In this document: positions 34,116 to 43,435 of the stretch, in pieces
How the letters are laid out: each line of letters opens with the position of its first letter
How positions within the stretch are numbered: the stretch's first letter is position 1
Translations under genes and position numbers: made by a program
Notes under the pieces: generated by a model
What the model saw: the letters and a program-made list of their open reading frames with translations, nothing else
Told to the model about the DNA's origin: nothing
The model's database searches: none
Assembly (NCBI GenBank): GCA_028286865.1
Contig: JAQBQU010000006.1
Coordinates: forward strand, 2,639-66,638
Direction: 5' to 3'
Length of the DNA stretch: 64,000 nucleotides
DNA from: Candidatus Kaiserbacteria bacterium
GTDB lineage: Bacteria; Patescibacteriota; Minisyncoccia; Phycocordibacterales; UBA2100

Positions 34116-34916
34116 TTATATACTCCACCGCCCCCTGATCTTTTTGATCATCCCGTGTTTCTTAAGACTGGCGAGCGCCGCGTCTACTCTCTCTTTTTCA
34201 ACCGGCAAACTGTTCAGTAAGGACGGTCCTTTATGCAACTCACGCAGGATCATGCCGCGGACTTGGCGCAATGAGCCTTCGAATTTTGATTGTTTGGTGT
34301 AGCCCGCGCTTCTGCGCGACGGATTGGGAAATTGTTTCTTGAGATACGAGCCGTAATCCATAAGGGCCCAATGCCACTCGCGCGGTCCGCCAGCTGGCGG
34401 ACTGATCGGCATAGCCTTTTCGATAAGCGGTATTAGTTCTTTATCCGATACCGGCTTCCCCTCTTTGAAAAAGTGGTGGATATATACCGCACGGATATTC
34501 GTCTCGATCATGGTGTGCGGCTCATTGAACGCAAAGGTCCGCACCGCAGCGCGGGTGTACGGGCCCACGCCAGGGAGCGGATTCACAAGCGCCTCCACAA
34601 AGTCACCGTTGTACGCAGTGACGATCATTTTCGCAGAATCATGCAGATACTTGCCGCGCCTATTGTAGCCGAGCCCGCTCCACGTCCGGATCACTTCGGT
34701 GAGGGTCGCCTGCGCGAGCACATACACGGTGGGAAAGTTGGTCAGAAATTCTTTGTACTTTTCCAAGACGCGTGACACCTGCGTCTGCTGCAGCATTATT
34801 TCTGATACCAGTATTTTGTACGGGTCGCGCGTTTTTCTCCACGGCAGGTCATGTCGGCCATGCGTATGGTAATACTTCCAAACTTCCTTTTGAAACTCCT
34901 CGACCTTCTTACTCAT
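34116..34916 (-). CDS. HhH-GPD DNA glycosylase, MutY-like
   Basis: ILVSEIMLQQTQVSRVLEKYKEFL (MutY N-terminal signature) and HhH LPGVGPYTRAAV. I do not see an obvious 4-Cys cluster. Confidence 0.7.
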   Translation of the reverse strand: MSKKVEEFQKEVWKYYHTHGRHDLPWRKTRDPYKILVSEIMLQQTQVSRVLEKYKEFLTNFPTVYVLAQATLTEVIRTWSGLGYNRRGKYLHDSAKMIVTAYNGDFVEALVNPLPGVGPYTRAAVRTFAFNEPHTMIETNIRAVYIHHFFKEGKPVSDKELIPLIEKAMPISPPAGGPREWHWALMDYGSYLKKQFPNPSRRSAGYTKQSKFEGSLRQVRGMILRELHKGPSLLNSLPVEKERVDAALASLKKHGMIKKIRGRWSI

Positions 34917-35631
34917 GTGCGAGTTCCGGCCAGCGCGCTAGTATTCCGGCTTTCATTTGATCGAACCATACTTCATACCCATATTGCGATGGATGGAATG
35001 TGTCTGCGCCGTAGTATTTTGCCGGATCCTTGGAGAACGGGTCAGGCCCGTTATAGAGATCGATGTAGACCGCTCCTTCGCGAGAAGTGGTATCAATAAA
35101 GTGCGCACGTAAGATCCGTGCACGCCAGTTCCATATCCAACCAAAAAGTTGCGGGAAAAGCGGGGCTTCACCTACCTTACCTGCTGTAATAACGACCACT
35201 CGATCCGAAAGCGTGTGAGCATGTTTGAGAAGCGCATCGAGCTGAGTGTTCGCGGCAGCAAGTGAGTGAAATTGCACAATGTCGTTCGCTCCGGTGTGTA
35301 TGACGATCAGATCATAATGCGGTGCCTGCGCTTTTTTGAGCTGTCCCTCCATATCTGCTGTTACGGAGCCCGAGACCGCATGATTCTCCACTCGAGCTTC
35401 AAAAAAGGCACCGAGCCTTCCGGCCACTGAATGCTCGATCGCATCAGATCCTACTCCGACGGCGGTGCTATCGCCGATGACCAGAATAGACTGGATGCCC
35501 GAGCCGCTCTGATATGGAACTGCGCGCTGAACCATACCGGAGCTAACGCGAATGAGCCCACGAATGCGAATTGCCTCATACCCGAAGTAAGCGATGATAA
35601 TTATCACTACCAAAAGAATTATTGTTTTCAT
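34909..35631 (-). CDS. SGNH/GDSL hydrolase, membrane-anchored
   Basis: Start at the ATG at 35631 (MKTIILLVVIIIIAYFG). Block I VIGDSTAVGVG, block III IHTGANDIV, and a C-terminal D..HP. Confidence 0.75.
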   Translation of the reverse strand: MKTIILLVVIIIIAYFGYEAIRIRGLIRVSSGMVQRAVPYQSGSGIQSILVIGDSTAVGVGSDAIEHSVAGRLGAFFEARVENHAVSGSVTADMEGQLKKAQAPHYDLIVIHTGANDIVQFHSLAAANTQLDALLKHAHTLSDRVVVITAGKVGEAPLFPQLFGWIWNWRARILRAHFIDTTSREGAVYIDLYNGPDPFSKDPAKYYGADTFHPSQYGYEVWFDQMKAGILARWPELAHE

Positions 35632-36317
35632 ATTGCGTATATGACATCTTTGCGCTCGACGACGATAGACCACTTCATGCGCTTTGCGTGTTCGTACAAT
35701 GCTTCATTGGGGTTAAAACAGATCGGTTTCGACACGAGTTCCAAGAACGGTATATCAGATTCCGTGTCCCCCACTCCGATCGAGTGCCGGAGTGTAAGTC
35801 CTTCTTTTTCAACTGCGCGCTTCAGAATGTTCGCTTTGTTAAGAATAAGATGCTCGTCCATCATTTTGCCCGTGAAGAGGTCCTGCGGACCGATCTCGTA
35901 CATCGTGCCGTACACCTTATCGAAGCCGAGCTTCGGGCAGAACTTATCGAGTACCGTTTTCGGAGAGTGAGATACGGCGAGAAGATAATAGCCGCGGGCC
36001 TTGAGATCTTTGAGCAGATCGCGCGTGTAGCGATACGTGCGCTTTCCCTGAACGCTTACCATTGCTTCTGCGGCATCGGCCATTTCGCCGTAATGCACAC
36101 CTTTCAGATGCGTTCGAAATGCCTTGAGGACCGCATCGATATATTCCTCGTAATCGCCCTCGCGGTCGAGCCATTTGGCATGTTGTTTTTCATACACTTT
36201 TTTGGCGTCATCGGGGAATGCCCCGTGCGCGATGAGGGTGTCCACGAGTTGGATAAGGAGGCTCGAGCGGAAGATCGTCCCGTCGACGTCGAATACCGCG
36301 AATTTCTTGCTTGCCAT
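35628..36317 (-). CDS. HAD-IB family hydrolase (SerB-like)
   Basis: FAVFDVDGTIF motif I, GVGDTESDIPFLE motif IV. 4-nt ATGA overlap with the downstream gene. Confidence 0.8.
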   Translation of the reverse strand: MASKKFAVFDVDGTIFRSSLLIQLVDTLIAHGAFPDDAKKVYEKQHAKWLDREGDYEEYIDAVLKAFRTHLKGVHYGEMADAAEAMVSVQGKRTYRYTRDLLKDLKARGYYLLAVSHSPKTVLDKFCPKLGFDKVYGTMYEIGPQDLFTGKMMDEHLILNKANILKRAVEKEGLTLRHSIGVGDTESDIPFLELVSKPICFNPNEALYEHAKRMKWSIVVERKDVIYAI

Positions 36318-36406
36318 TCCCCTATCCTACCGCACTCCGCTGACTTGCCGCACATGTTAGACCGTGGCGTTCTATGATGCCCTATTTTCTTTGATATTGT
36401 GTAGCG

Positions 36407-37312
36407 ATGAATATCGCAGTACTTATGGGCGGCTGGTCGGCCGAACGCGAGGTCAGTCTTCGCTCCGGTGCGGCATGCGCCCAAGCGCTCAAAGACGCCG
36501 GCTACACAGTGACAACAGTGGATGTCGACCATTCGATATCAAAAACCCTTTCTGAATTGAAACCGGATGCGGCGCTCAACGTGCTCCACGGTCCGTACGG
36601 CGAAGACGGTTGTATCCAGGGAGTCCTCGAGGTGCTCGAGATCCCCTACACGCACTCGGGTGTCCTCGCCTCGGCACTTGCGATGAACAAAGCGCGCTCG
36701 CGGGACATCTTCCGTATGGCAGGCATTCCGACCGCAGAAGGCACGACGGTCTCCCGCACTGTTGCCGCAGCTGCCCACGTCATGACTCCTCCGTACGTGA
36801 TCAAACCGATCGCAAGCGGATCGAGCGTCGGAGTTTTCATTGTGCCGAAGGATGCCAAAGCCCCGCCGCAAGAGATCGCCGCGCCGGACTGGTCGCACGG
36901 AGAGAACGTACTTGTCGAAAAGTATGTGGCGGGTCATGAACTCACGTGTGCCATCATGGGTGATCGGGCGCTCGATGTGATCGAGATCACATCGGACCTC
37001 GAGTTCTATGACTACGAAGCGAAGTACGCGCCCGGCGGTTCGAAGCACATTCTGCCCGCGCCGATCGACGCTGCCGTTTACAAGCGCGTACAAGGGATCG
37101 CGCTTGCCGCCCATCAGGCGCTTGGCTGCCGCGGCATTTCGCGGGCAGATTTCAGATATGACGACACGACGGGAGAGCTTATTTGTCTTGAGGTGAATAC
37201 ACAGCCGGGCATGACCGCCACATCGCTTGTCCCCGAGCTTGCCGCGCACGCAGGATTATCATTCCCGCAGCTTACAGATTGGATGATCAAAGACGCGTCG
37301 CTCAACAGATAA
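36407..37312 (+). CDS. ddl: D-alanine--D-alanine ligase
   Basis: MNIAVLMGGWSAEREVSLRSG, HGPYGEDGCIQGVLE, ATP-grasp core, and EVNTQPGMT. Confidence 0.92.
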   Translation: MNIAVLMGGWSAEREVSLRSGAACAQALKDAGYTVTTVDVDHSISKTLSELKPDAALNVLHGPYGEDGCIQGVLEVLEIPYTHSGVLASALAMNKARSRDIFRMAGIPTAEGTTVSRTVAAAAHVMTPPYVIKPIASGSSVGVFIVPKDAKAPPQEIAAPDWSHGENVLVEKYVAGHELTCAIMGDRALDVIEITSDLEFYDYEAKYAPGGSKHILPAPIDAAVYKRVQGIALAAHQALGCRGISRADFRYDDTTGELICLEVNTQPGMTATSLVPELAAHAGLSFPQLTDWMIKDASLNR

Positions 37313-37993
37313 CTATTTTGCCTTTGGCCAGATATTTCTTGATTCCGGCCAGATCGCGGTGAGGCCGTGGATCGAGCAGTCGTGCTTGCGGGCGGTGCAC
37401 ACGTAGCGGCCGTAGAGAACCAGCCCGTTGTTCACGTACTTCCAATCGTTCTTCGGCACGAGTGCTTCTAATTCTTTTGAGATCTTGGTGAGATCGGTCG
37501 AATCGACGAGATCGAGCCGTTTTGCAAAACGCTTTACGTGCGTATCGGTCGGGATACCGTCCCATATTTCATAAAGCTCGCCGAGTACCACATTGGCGGT
37601 TTTATACGCGACGCCAGGAAGTGTCACGAGCTCGGCAACAGTCCTTGGCACTTTTCCGCCAAAGTCCTGCTCTACTACTTTCGCCGCGCCGACAATCGCT
37701 TTCGCCTTGTTGCGGAAGAACGATACGGATGAGATCTCTTTGGTAAGGGTTTTGAGATCAGCATTCGCAAAATCCTTAGGCGTCTTATATTTTTTGAAGA
37801 GTGTCTCGGCCACCTTGTTCACCTGCTTATCAGTGGTCTGAGCGGAAAGCATTACCGCGACCACGAGCTGGAACGGTGTTTTGAAATTGAGCTCGGTCTT
37901 GGGCTCCGGATATGCCTTTTTCAGGAACGCGACCATTTTGAGCGCTCGTTTGCGGCGTTCTTCGAACTTAGGTGATCTGACCGCGGGCTTCAT
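37313..37993 (-). CDS. nth: Endonuclease III-like HhH-GPD glycosylase
   Basis: FQLVVAVMLSAQTTDKQVN and LPGVAYKTANVVLGE, then ..IPTDTHV.R. The C-terminal Fe-S Cys pattern looks incomplete. Confidence 0.8.
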   Translation of the reverse strand: MKPAVRSPKFEERRKRALKMVAFLKKAYPEPKTELNFKTPFQLVVAVMLSAQTTDKQVNKVAETLFKKYKTPKDFANADLKTLTKEISSVSFFRNKAKAIVGAAKVVEQDFGGKVPRTVAELVTLPGVAYKTANVVLGELYEIWDGIPTDTHVKRFAKRLDLVDSTDLTKISKELEALVPKNDWKYVNNGLVLYGRYVCTARKHDCSIHGLTAIWPESRNIWPKAK

Positions 37994-38024
37994 TCGGCCA
38001 TCCTAGCACACACGCTTTTTTTAT

Positions 38025-38747
38025 TTATCGTACCTGGAACACCGCTCGTGCGGTGACCATCACTTGTTTGTCGATCGTCGAGGTGTCGTATGAGCCGTAG
38101 TCGGAGACATCCACTGAATTCGGAGACATGACCTGGACCACTCCCCCGGCAGCCGATTGCAGCGGCCCGACCCTTTGGCCGGTCGATTTTGCGATCTCTT
38201 CTGCTCGTGCTTTTGCATCGGTCACCGCCTTTCCGATGAGCGAGATGCGTATCTGCGGCAAGGTCGATATCATGTATTGCGGCTGCCCGGCGGAGAGGAA
38301 TATTCCCTTATCAGCGAGCGATGCGATCTTTTTTGAAAGACTATCGACGAGACGGACATTATCGGAATTCATGGTGACATCCTGGTGCACGGAATATTTG
38401 ACGGGAGCATTCTGGTCATTCGAATACTGCTGGTCCGCTTGGACGGGATTCACCTGGATCTTATCGGCATCGACTCCTGCAGCGGTAAAAAAGTCGACCA
38501 CTGCTTGTGAATCTCTGGACACCGCATTCTGCGTCGATGCGATGGTGCTCTCAAATGCAGTGCGCGATACGGTGACCGTCCAGCGAGCGGTATCAGCGGT
38601 GGTAGTAGCGGTCGCGGAGCCCGTGACGGAAAGCGTATTGCCGAGGGTGTGCACCCGATAAAAGGAGTACGCGCCGATCAGCGCGGCAAGCACGAGCGAG
38701 ATTCCGAGGATGATAGCTGCGGTCGTATTGCGTTCATTCATGCCCAC
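38025..38747 (-). CDS. SIMPL/DUF541 domain protein
   Basis: TM anchor, then LSVTGSATATTTADTARWTVTVSRTA.. and ..VMVTARAVFQV, typical of SIMPL (26-kDa periplasmic immunogenic protein) family members. Confidence 0.75.
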   Translation of the reverse strand: MGMNERNTTAAIILGISLVLAALIGAYSFYRVHTLGNTLSVTGSATATTTADTARWTVTVSRTAFESTIASTQNAVSRDSQAVVDFFTAAGVDADKIQVNPVQADQQYSNDQNAPVKYSVHQDVTMNSDNVRLVDSLSKKIASLADKGIFLSAGQPQYMISTLPQIRISLIGKAVTDAKARAEEIAKSTGQRVGPLQSAAGGVVQVMSPNSVDVSDYGSYDTSTIDKQVMVTARAVFQVR

Positions 38748-38756
38748 ATACTATCA

Positions 38757-38796
38757 CCCAAACAAATACGCCACCGTGTTGTGCACAGTGGCGTAT
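38757..38796 (-). terminator. Terminator for the 38923-39405 transcript
   Basis: ATACGCCAC-N13-GTGGCGTAT. On the minus strand it is followed by TTGTTTGGG. Confidence 0.55.
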
Positions 38797-38818
38797 TTAG
38801 AGCTTATCTCCAGCGAGC

Positions 38819-38910
38819 GCGACCATGTGTTTTGAAGACCCGGCAGGGCTTGGCCCGAGGATAGTTCATTTTTCAGCAGAAAAATGATGTTCTTCAAAAG
38901 ACATGGTCGC
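38819..38910 (+). repeat. Nested-hairpin element, copy B
   Basis: GCGACCATGTGTTTTGAAGA [CCCGGCA GGGC-ttg-GCCC GAGGAT agt TCATTTTTC-AGCA-GAAAAATGA] TCTTCAAAAGACATGGTCGC, with one mismatch in a 20-bp outer stem. Confidence 0.7.
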
Positions 38911-38922
38911 CGAGCGCCCCAC

Positions 38923-39405
38923 TTACTGGATCGTGATAGGGACAGTCATCGAGCCGTCATTCTGGGGCAATCCCGACGGATTATCCTTTTTTAGGACGAG
39001 CGTTGCGGGACCGCTGTACCCCGAGACCGTGATATCAGCAGTGAACGGGACCTGATCAGTCGTCATCCAATCGCTAAGCGCGGTCGCATGTCCCGTGCCT
39101 ACGACGGCACCACTCGGATCACGCACCTCAAGCGGGAACGTTGCCTCGAAGAACCATGAGCCCGGCGCCTGGCCTGTTACGGTGAAGGACTTCGGGACTG
39201 TCGCGCCGGATTTCGGTGCGGTGACTGTTACATCTGAAATACCTCCGGTATTACCGGTGTTCGTTCCCGTCCCCTCTGTAGTGGTGGTCGCTTGCGTGCC
39301 GCTCGACGGTGCCGGGGTCGCCACCAGGAAGTAGCCGAGCACTACGATGACCACGAGTAATACAACAACGATAACCCACATGACGCCTGCATTTCTTGAA
39401 TTCAT
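38923..39405 (-). CDS. Membrane-anchored Ig-like (Gmad2-like) domain protein
   Basis: TM anchor, T/G-rich linker, then VTAPKSGATVPKSFTVTGQAPGSWFFEATFPLEVRD..VPFTADITV, which resembles Gmad2-type Ig-like domains. Confidence 0.5.
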   Translation of the reverse strand: MNSRNAGVMWVIVVVLLVVIVVLGYFLVATPAPSSGTQATTTTEGTGTNTGNTGGISDVTVTAPKSGATVPKSFTVTGQAPGSWFFEATFPLEVRDPSGAVVGTGHATALSDWMTTDQVPFTADITVSGYSGPATLVLKKDNPSGLPQNDGSMTVPITIQ

Positions 39406-39421
39406 AGAAAATTATTACTTA

Positions 39422-40099
39422 CTAATGAGCCCGCACACCGGCTTCACGATATGCGACATAGGAATAGAGCACCAGTCCGAAGACGACGATCACTGTCGGT
39501 ACAGCGAATGCGACGATCGCATATGAGGGCGCCAGTACCGTGAGTATCGCGAGCACACCGAGAACCTTAAATAAGGTGCCGCCGAGTCGGTTCGTTTTGT
39601 CCCATACGATATCCGATGAGACCGTCCATGGCGTACGGACGCCCATAAAATAATTACGTTTGGTTCTCGGGAGCACGGTTCCGATATAGAAGAAAAGTAT
39701 CCCGACGAGCGGCATGATCGCGATATCAATGTTGAACTTCACCCCCAGATTGACCGCGAGCACTGCGATCTGTACTCCCGCAAAAAACAGCATGAGGATC
39801 GTGAGGAACGTATTGTAGGTACCCCGAAACGCTTCTATATTGCTTCGTAATGGGTCGATCCGCGCAACGACGACCAAGACCCAGAGGATCACGAACATAA
39901 GAAGAGGCAAGAGCGTTACCCCCCAGAATTTACTGATGGTCCCATTTGCCACCCCCGCAGCGTCCCAATGCCCCGCCATGACCGCCGGTAGTGCGGCGTA
40001 GTAATAAAGCCCTATTGCGAGGGTCAGGGCTATGAGAGATAACGATATGATAAATGCGGCCCGGGTAGACATATAGTAGAGACGTATGAGCATCTTCAT
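39422..40099 (-). CDS. SdpI/DUF1648 family integral membrane protein
   Basis: Six or so TM helices. LP..MAGHWDAAG..NG (DUF1648-like) and RNYFMGVRTPWT (SdpI signature). Confidence 0.7.
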   Translation of the reverse strand: MKMLIRLYYMSTRAAFIISLSLIALTLAIGLYYYAALPAVMAGHWDAAGVANGTISKFWGVTLLPLLMFVILWVLVVVARIDPLRSNIEAFRGTYNTFLTILMLFFAGVQIAVLAVNLGVKFNIDIAIMPLVGILFFYIGTVLPRTKRNYFMGVRTPWTVSSDIVWDKTNRLGGTLFKVLGVLAILTVLAPSYAIVAFAVPTVIVVFGLVLYSYVAYREAGVRAH

Positions 40100-40109
40100 G
40101 ATTACGGCC

Positions 40110-41054
40110 TTATAAATGAGCTATGATCTCGGCCACTTTGTACGGGTCGTGGCGCGCGATGTCCGCCTCGGAGAAGAATCCGCCGGTGATCACATGCTCC
40201 GCATAGTCCTTCAGCTTATCGTCGCAGACCATCGGATATTTCTTTTCCGCTTCATATGCCTTGACCAGGGCCGCATTCATCGGAGCGGTGTTGCAGACCG
40301 CATAATCGACTTTTTTGAGGCCGGTGTATTCGAGGATGACGCGCACCATGTCCGAGGCGGCATAATCATTCGTCTCTCCCCACTTGGTCATGAGATTACA
40401 GATCACGACGAACTTCGCATGACTCTCCGCGATCGCCTTTTCCATACCTTCCACCAGAAAATTCGGGATGATAGACGTATACAGATCTCCCGGTCCGATG
40501 ATGACGATATCCGCGGTACGTATCGCATCTGCGGCTTCTGAAAATATTTCCGCGGCCGGCTCGAGGTACACATGCTGTATCTTCTTGTTGCCGTCGTGTT
40601 TCGGAATGTCTATATTCGTTTCTCCCACGATCGTACTCTGATCATCGAGGACCGCATGGATGTGCGAACGGTCGAGCGAGACCGGAAGCACGACGCCTTT
40701 TACATCGAGGAGCTCCGACGCTTTCCGGATACCCTCGATATCGCTTCCGTATATTGATGAGAGCGCGGCAAGAAAGACGTTGCCGAAGCTATGACCGCTC
40801 ATCGAACCGCTGTCCTGGAATCTGAAATTAAAAAGGTTTCGGAGTATCTCTCCCTTGGTGCCTTCGGCAAGCGCCGCGAGCGCGCGGCGGATATCACCGG
40901 GCGGAAGGATGCCGAGCTCATCGCGCAGCACTCCCGAAGATCCGCCCGAGTCGAACATGTTCACGATGGCCGTGATCTCGATCGGAAGTTCCTTGAGCGC
41001 GTTGAGAAGCGTATAGCCCGAGGATCCGCCGCCTATGCGGACAACTTTCTGCAT
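40110..41054 (-). CDS. YvcK/CofD-family protein (UPF0052, gluconeogenesis factor-like)
   Basis: VVRIGGGSSG, VNMFDSGGSSGVLRDELGILPPGDIR, and IIGPGDLYTSIIPN. Confidence 0.85.
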   Translation of the reverse strand: MQKVVRIGGGSSGYTLLNALKELPIEITAIVNMFDSGGSSGVLRDELGILPPGDIRRALAALAEGTKGEILRNLFNFRFQDSGSMSGHSFGNVFLAALSSIYGSDIEGIRKASELLDVKGVVLPVSLDRSHIHAVLDDQSTIVGETNIDIPKHDGNKKIQHVYLEPAAEIFSEAADAIRTADIVIIGPGDLYTSIIPNFLVEGMEKAIAESHAKFVVICNLMTKWGETNDYAASDMVRVILEYTGLKKVDYAVCNTAPMNAALVKAYEAEKKYPMVCDDKLKDYAEHVITGGFFSEADIARHDPYKVAEIIAHL

Positions 41055-41127
41055 GACCAGAGAACTCTATCCCCTCGTACCGCATTTGGCAATCGTTCGT
41101 TTTGCGCTACTATGTCCGGACACACCC

Positions 41128-41252
41128 CATACATCAAGAGTGCGGTAAGAGTTCTGGCTCGACGACCCGCCGGCAACCTGGCAATTGTTAAGGTGCCTCA
41201 TCCAGCCCTAACGGGAAGATGCGCATTACACGAATCTCCCTTATGGGGGATT
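41128..41252 (+). promoter_or_regulatory. SAM-I (S-box) riboswitch with a downstream hairpin, leader of metK
   Basis: ATCAAGAG-TGCGGTAAGAGTTCTGGCTCGACGACCCGCCGGCAACC-..-AAGGTGCCTCATCCAGC-..-GGGAAGATG matches the S-box core. It is followed by AATCTCCC-ttat-GGGGGATT and ATTTAAT. Confidence 0.85.
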
Positions 41253-41272
41253 ATTTAATAAGAAGAAACACT

Positions 41273-42325
41273 ATGTTCCATACACTCAGCCGATACACGA
41301 CCGAAAGCGTGACCTCCGGACATCCCGACAAAGTGTGCGACCAGATATCCGACGCGGTTCTCGACGCGTGTCTCGAGCAAGATCCGCGCGCGCGCGTAGC
41401 CGTCGAATCATTCGGAAGCCACGGTACCCTCATGCTCGGCGGTGAGCTGACCACGACCGCGAAGATCGATCCGGAAGCGATCGCGCGCCAGGTATACAAA
41501 GACATAGGCTACACCGACGAATTGAAAGTACTCAACACCATCGTCACGCAATCTCCCGACATCGCTCAGGGAGTCGACACCGGCGGCGCCGGAGACCAGG
41601 GCATTATGTACGGCTTCGCGACCGACGAGACACCGGAATTCCTCCCGAAGGCGGTCGTGCTCTCGCACGCGCTTGCACGTCGCCTCGAAGCACTCCGCCG
41701 CGACAACACCCTTCCGTGGCTGCGCCCCGACGGCAAGACCCAGGTCACGATCGACGGCGGCACCGTGATCACCGCACTCACTTCCACACAGCACGCTGAA
41801 GAAGTGTCGCAAGATGAGATCAAGGCCAAACTGATCGAACACCTTTTCACTCCGATCCTTGGAGACCTCACAAATATCGAGATCCTCGTCAATCCGACCG
41901 GCAAGTTCGTGCTTGGCGGATTCGCCGCAGATGCGGGTCTCACCGGTCGCAAGATCATGGTAGATACGTATGGTGGCATCATGCCGCACGGCGGCGGTGC
42001 ATTCTCCGGCAAGGACGCGACGAAAGTAGATCGCTCGGCTGCGTACATGTGCCGCTTTGCCGCAAAGAATCTCGTAGCCAACGGTCACGCCAAAAAAGCG
42101 CTCGTCTCGGTCGCCTACGCGATCGGTCGCGTCGAGCCCGTCATGATCGAAGCGTTCGACGACGAGGGCAACAATCTCACCGAACTCGTGACCAAGAACT
42201 TCGACTTCAAGCCGCGCGCGATCATTGAGCGCTTAGGCCTCACCAAGCCGATATTCCGGCCAACGGCCGCATATGGTCATTTTGGGGTCGCGGGTCGCCC
42301 TTGGGAGGAGGTTGTGAAGATCTAA
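41273..42325 (+). CDS. metK: S-adenosylmethionine synthetase
   Basis: Start at the ATG at 41273 (MFHTLSRYTTESVTSGHPDKVCDQISD). GAGDQGIMYGFA, GGGAFSGKDATKVDRS. Confidence 0.95.
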   Translation: MFHTLSRYTTESVTSGHPDKVCDQISDAVLDACLEQDPRARVAVESFGSHGTLMLGGELTTTAKIDPEAIARQVYKDIGYTDELKVLNTIVTQSPDIAQGVDTGGAGDQGIMYGFATDETPEFLPKAVVLSHALARRLEALRRDNTLPWLRPDGKTQVTIDGGTVITALTSTQHAEEVSQDEIKAKLIEHLFTPILGDLTNIEILVNPTGKFVLGGFAADAGLTGRKIMVDTYGGIMPHGGGAFSGKDATKVDRSAAYMCRFAAKNLVANGHAKKALVSVAYAIGRVEPVMIEAFDDEGNNLTELVTKNFDFKPRAIIERLGLTKPIFRPTAAYGHFGVAGRPWEEVVKI

Positions 42326-42364
42326 CAAATAGGGCCCGGAGGGGCGGTATACTGATAGTATTAT

Positions 42365-43369
42365 TTGTCAGCAATACACATTATGATTTCACGCACAAAA
42401 ATCGCGGCACTTTGTACGGTGGTCGCGTTCGCTTTCCCCGCGATCGGGTTTGCGCAGACCGTTGATGCCCAGACGCAAATGAAGTCGCTCCTTGATCAGA
42501 TCAAAGCACTGCAATCGCAGCTCATGACAATGATGAGCTCGAGCAGTATCGCACTGCATCCGATGGAACCGATGGGCACGACGACGCGAGGTACTGATGA
42601 CATGCGCGTGGGCACCTCGACCTCGCAGATGCCGAGACAAGATAAGCCATGCGTCGCTCTCAACCGCGCACTCAAAATAGGCTCTTCGGGGGACGACGTC
42701 TCACAGATCCAGCAGATGCTTTCGCAGGATAGCGAATCGGGTTTCTCGGGTGCTATTACCGGATTCTTTGGGCCGCTCACCGCCAAGGCAATGGCAAAGT
42801 TCCAGATCCGCATGAGTATCGCTTCATCAACTGACGGCTCTGTCGGACCAAAGACCCGAGACTTCCTCAAAAAAATGTGTGTTTCTGTAATGGGCTCATC
42901 GGGGCCCGACCAAAACAATCCTGCCTCCCCGATGCCCAACATGCCCGGCATCTCACCTAATCACGACGGACTGAGCACCAGCACGCGCCCTATGCCACCT
43001 ATGCCAAACGAGCACGGAGACAACGGCACGGGCATACATCCGGTGCCTCCTGTGTCGGATGGTCGCGGATCAGGAGTCTTGCCCACGATCGCAAGTCTCA
43101 TCAAAGGCGCGGCATTGGTGAACGGTACCGTGACGCAGAATTCCGGGACCTCACTCACTATCCAGACCGACGGCGGGACGAAGACCGTTCTCGTATCGAG
43201 CACGGCGATCATCACGACCGCAAGCGCATCGTCTACATTGCCGACGACTATCTCGATCGGCGGCATCTCGATCGGAGCGAAAGTGCGTGCCATCGGCACC
43301 AGTAATGCTGACGGAACGATCACCGCAAATTTCATCCAAACGGGTGATCTGAAGCCGATCAACTTCTAA
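42365..43369 (+). CDS. Secreted peptidoglycan-binding-domain protein with a DUF5666-like C-terminus
   Basis: Signal peptide. PG_binding_1-like LKIGSSGDDVSQIQQMLS..ITGFFGPLTAKAMAKFQ. C-terminal GTVTQNSGTSLTIQTDGGTKTVLV..GAKVRAIG..DGTITA. Confidence 0.65.
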   Translation: MSAIHIMISRTKIAALCTVVAFAFPAIGFAQTVDAQTQMKSLLDQIKALQSQLMTMMSSSSIALHPMEPMGTTTRGTDDMRVGTSTSQMPRQDKPCVALNRALKIGSSGDDVSQIQQMLSQDSESGFSGAITGFFGPLTAKAMAKFQIRMSIASSTDGSVGPKTRDFLKKMCVSVMGSSGPDQNNPASPMPNMPGISPNHDGLSTSTRPMPPMPNEHGDNGTGIHPVPPVSDGRGSGVLPTIASLIKGAALVNGTVTQNSGTSLTIQTDGGTKTVLVSSTAIITTASASSTLPTTISIGGISIGAKVRAIGTSNADGTITANFIQTGDLKPINF

Positions 43370-43400
43370 GCAATATCCGGAGTTCGTCGGTGTAAAAAGG

Positions 43401-43435
43401 AGACCGTGCGGCACGAATGCCGCACGGTCTTTTTT
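43401..43435. terminator. Bidirectional terminator
   Basis: AGACCGTGCGGCA-cgaa-TGCCGCACGGTCT with AAAAA upstream and TTTTTT downstream, between convergent genes. Confidence 0.85.
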
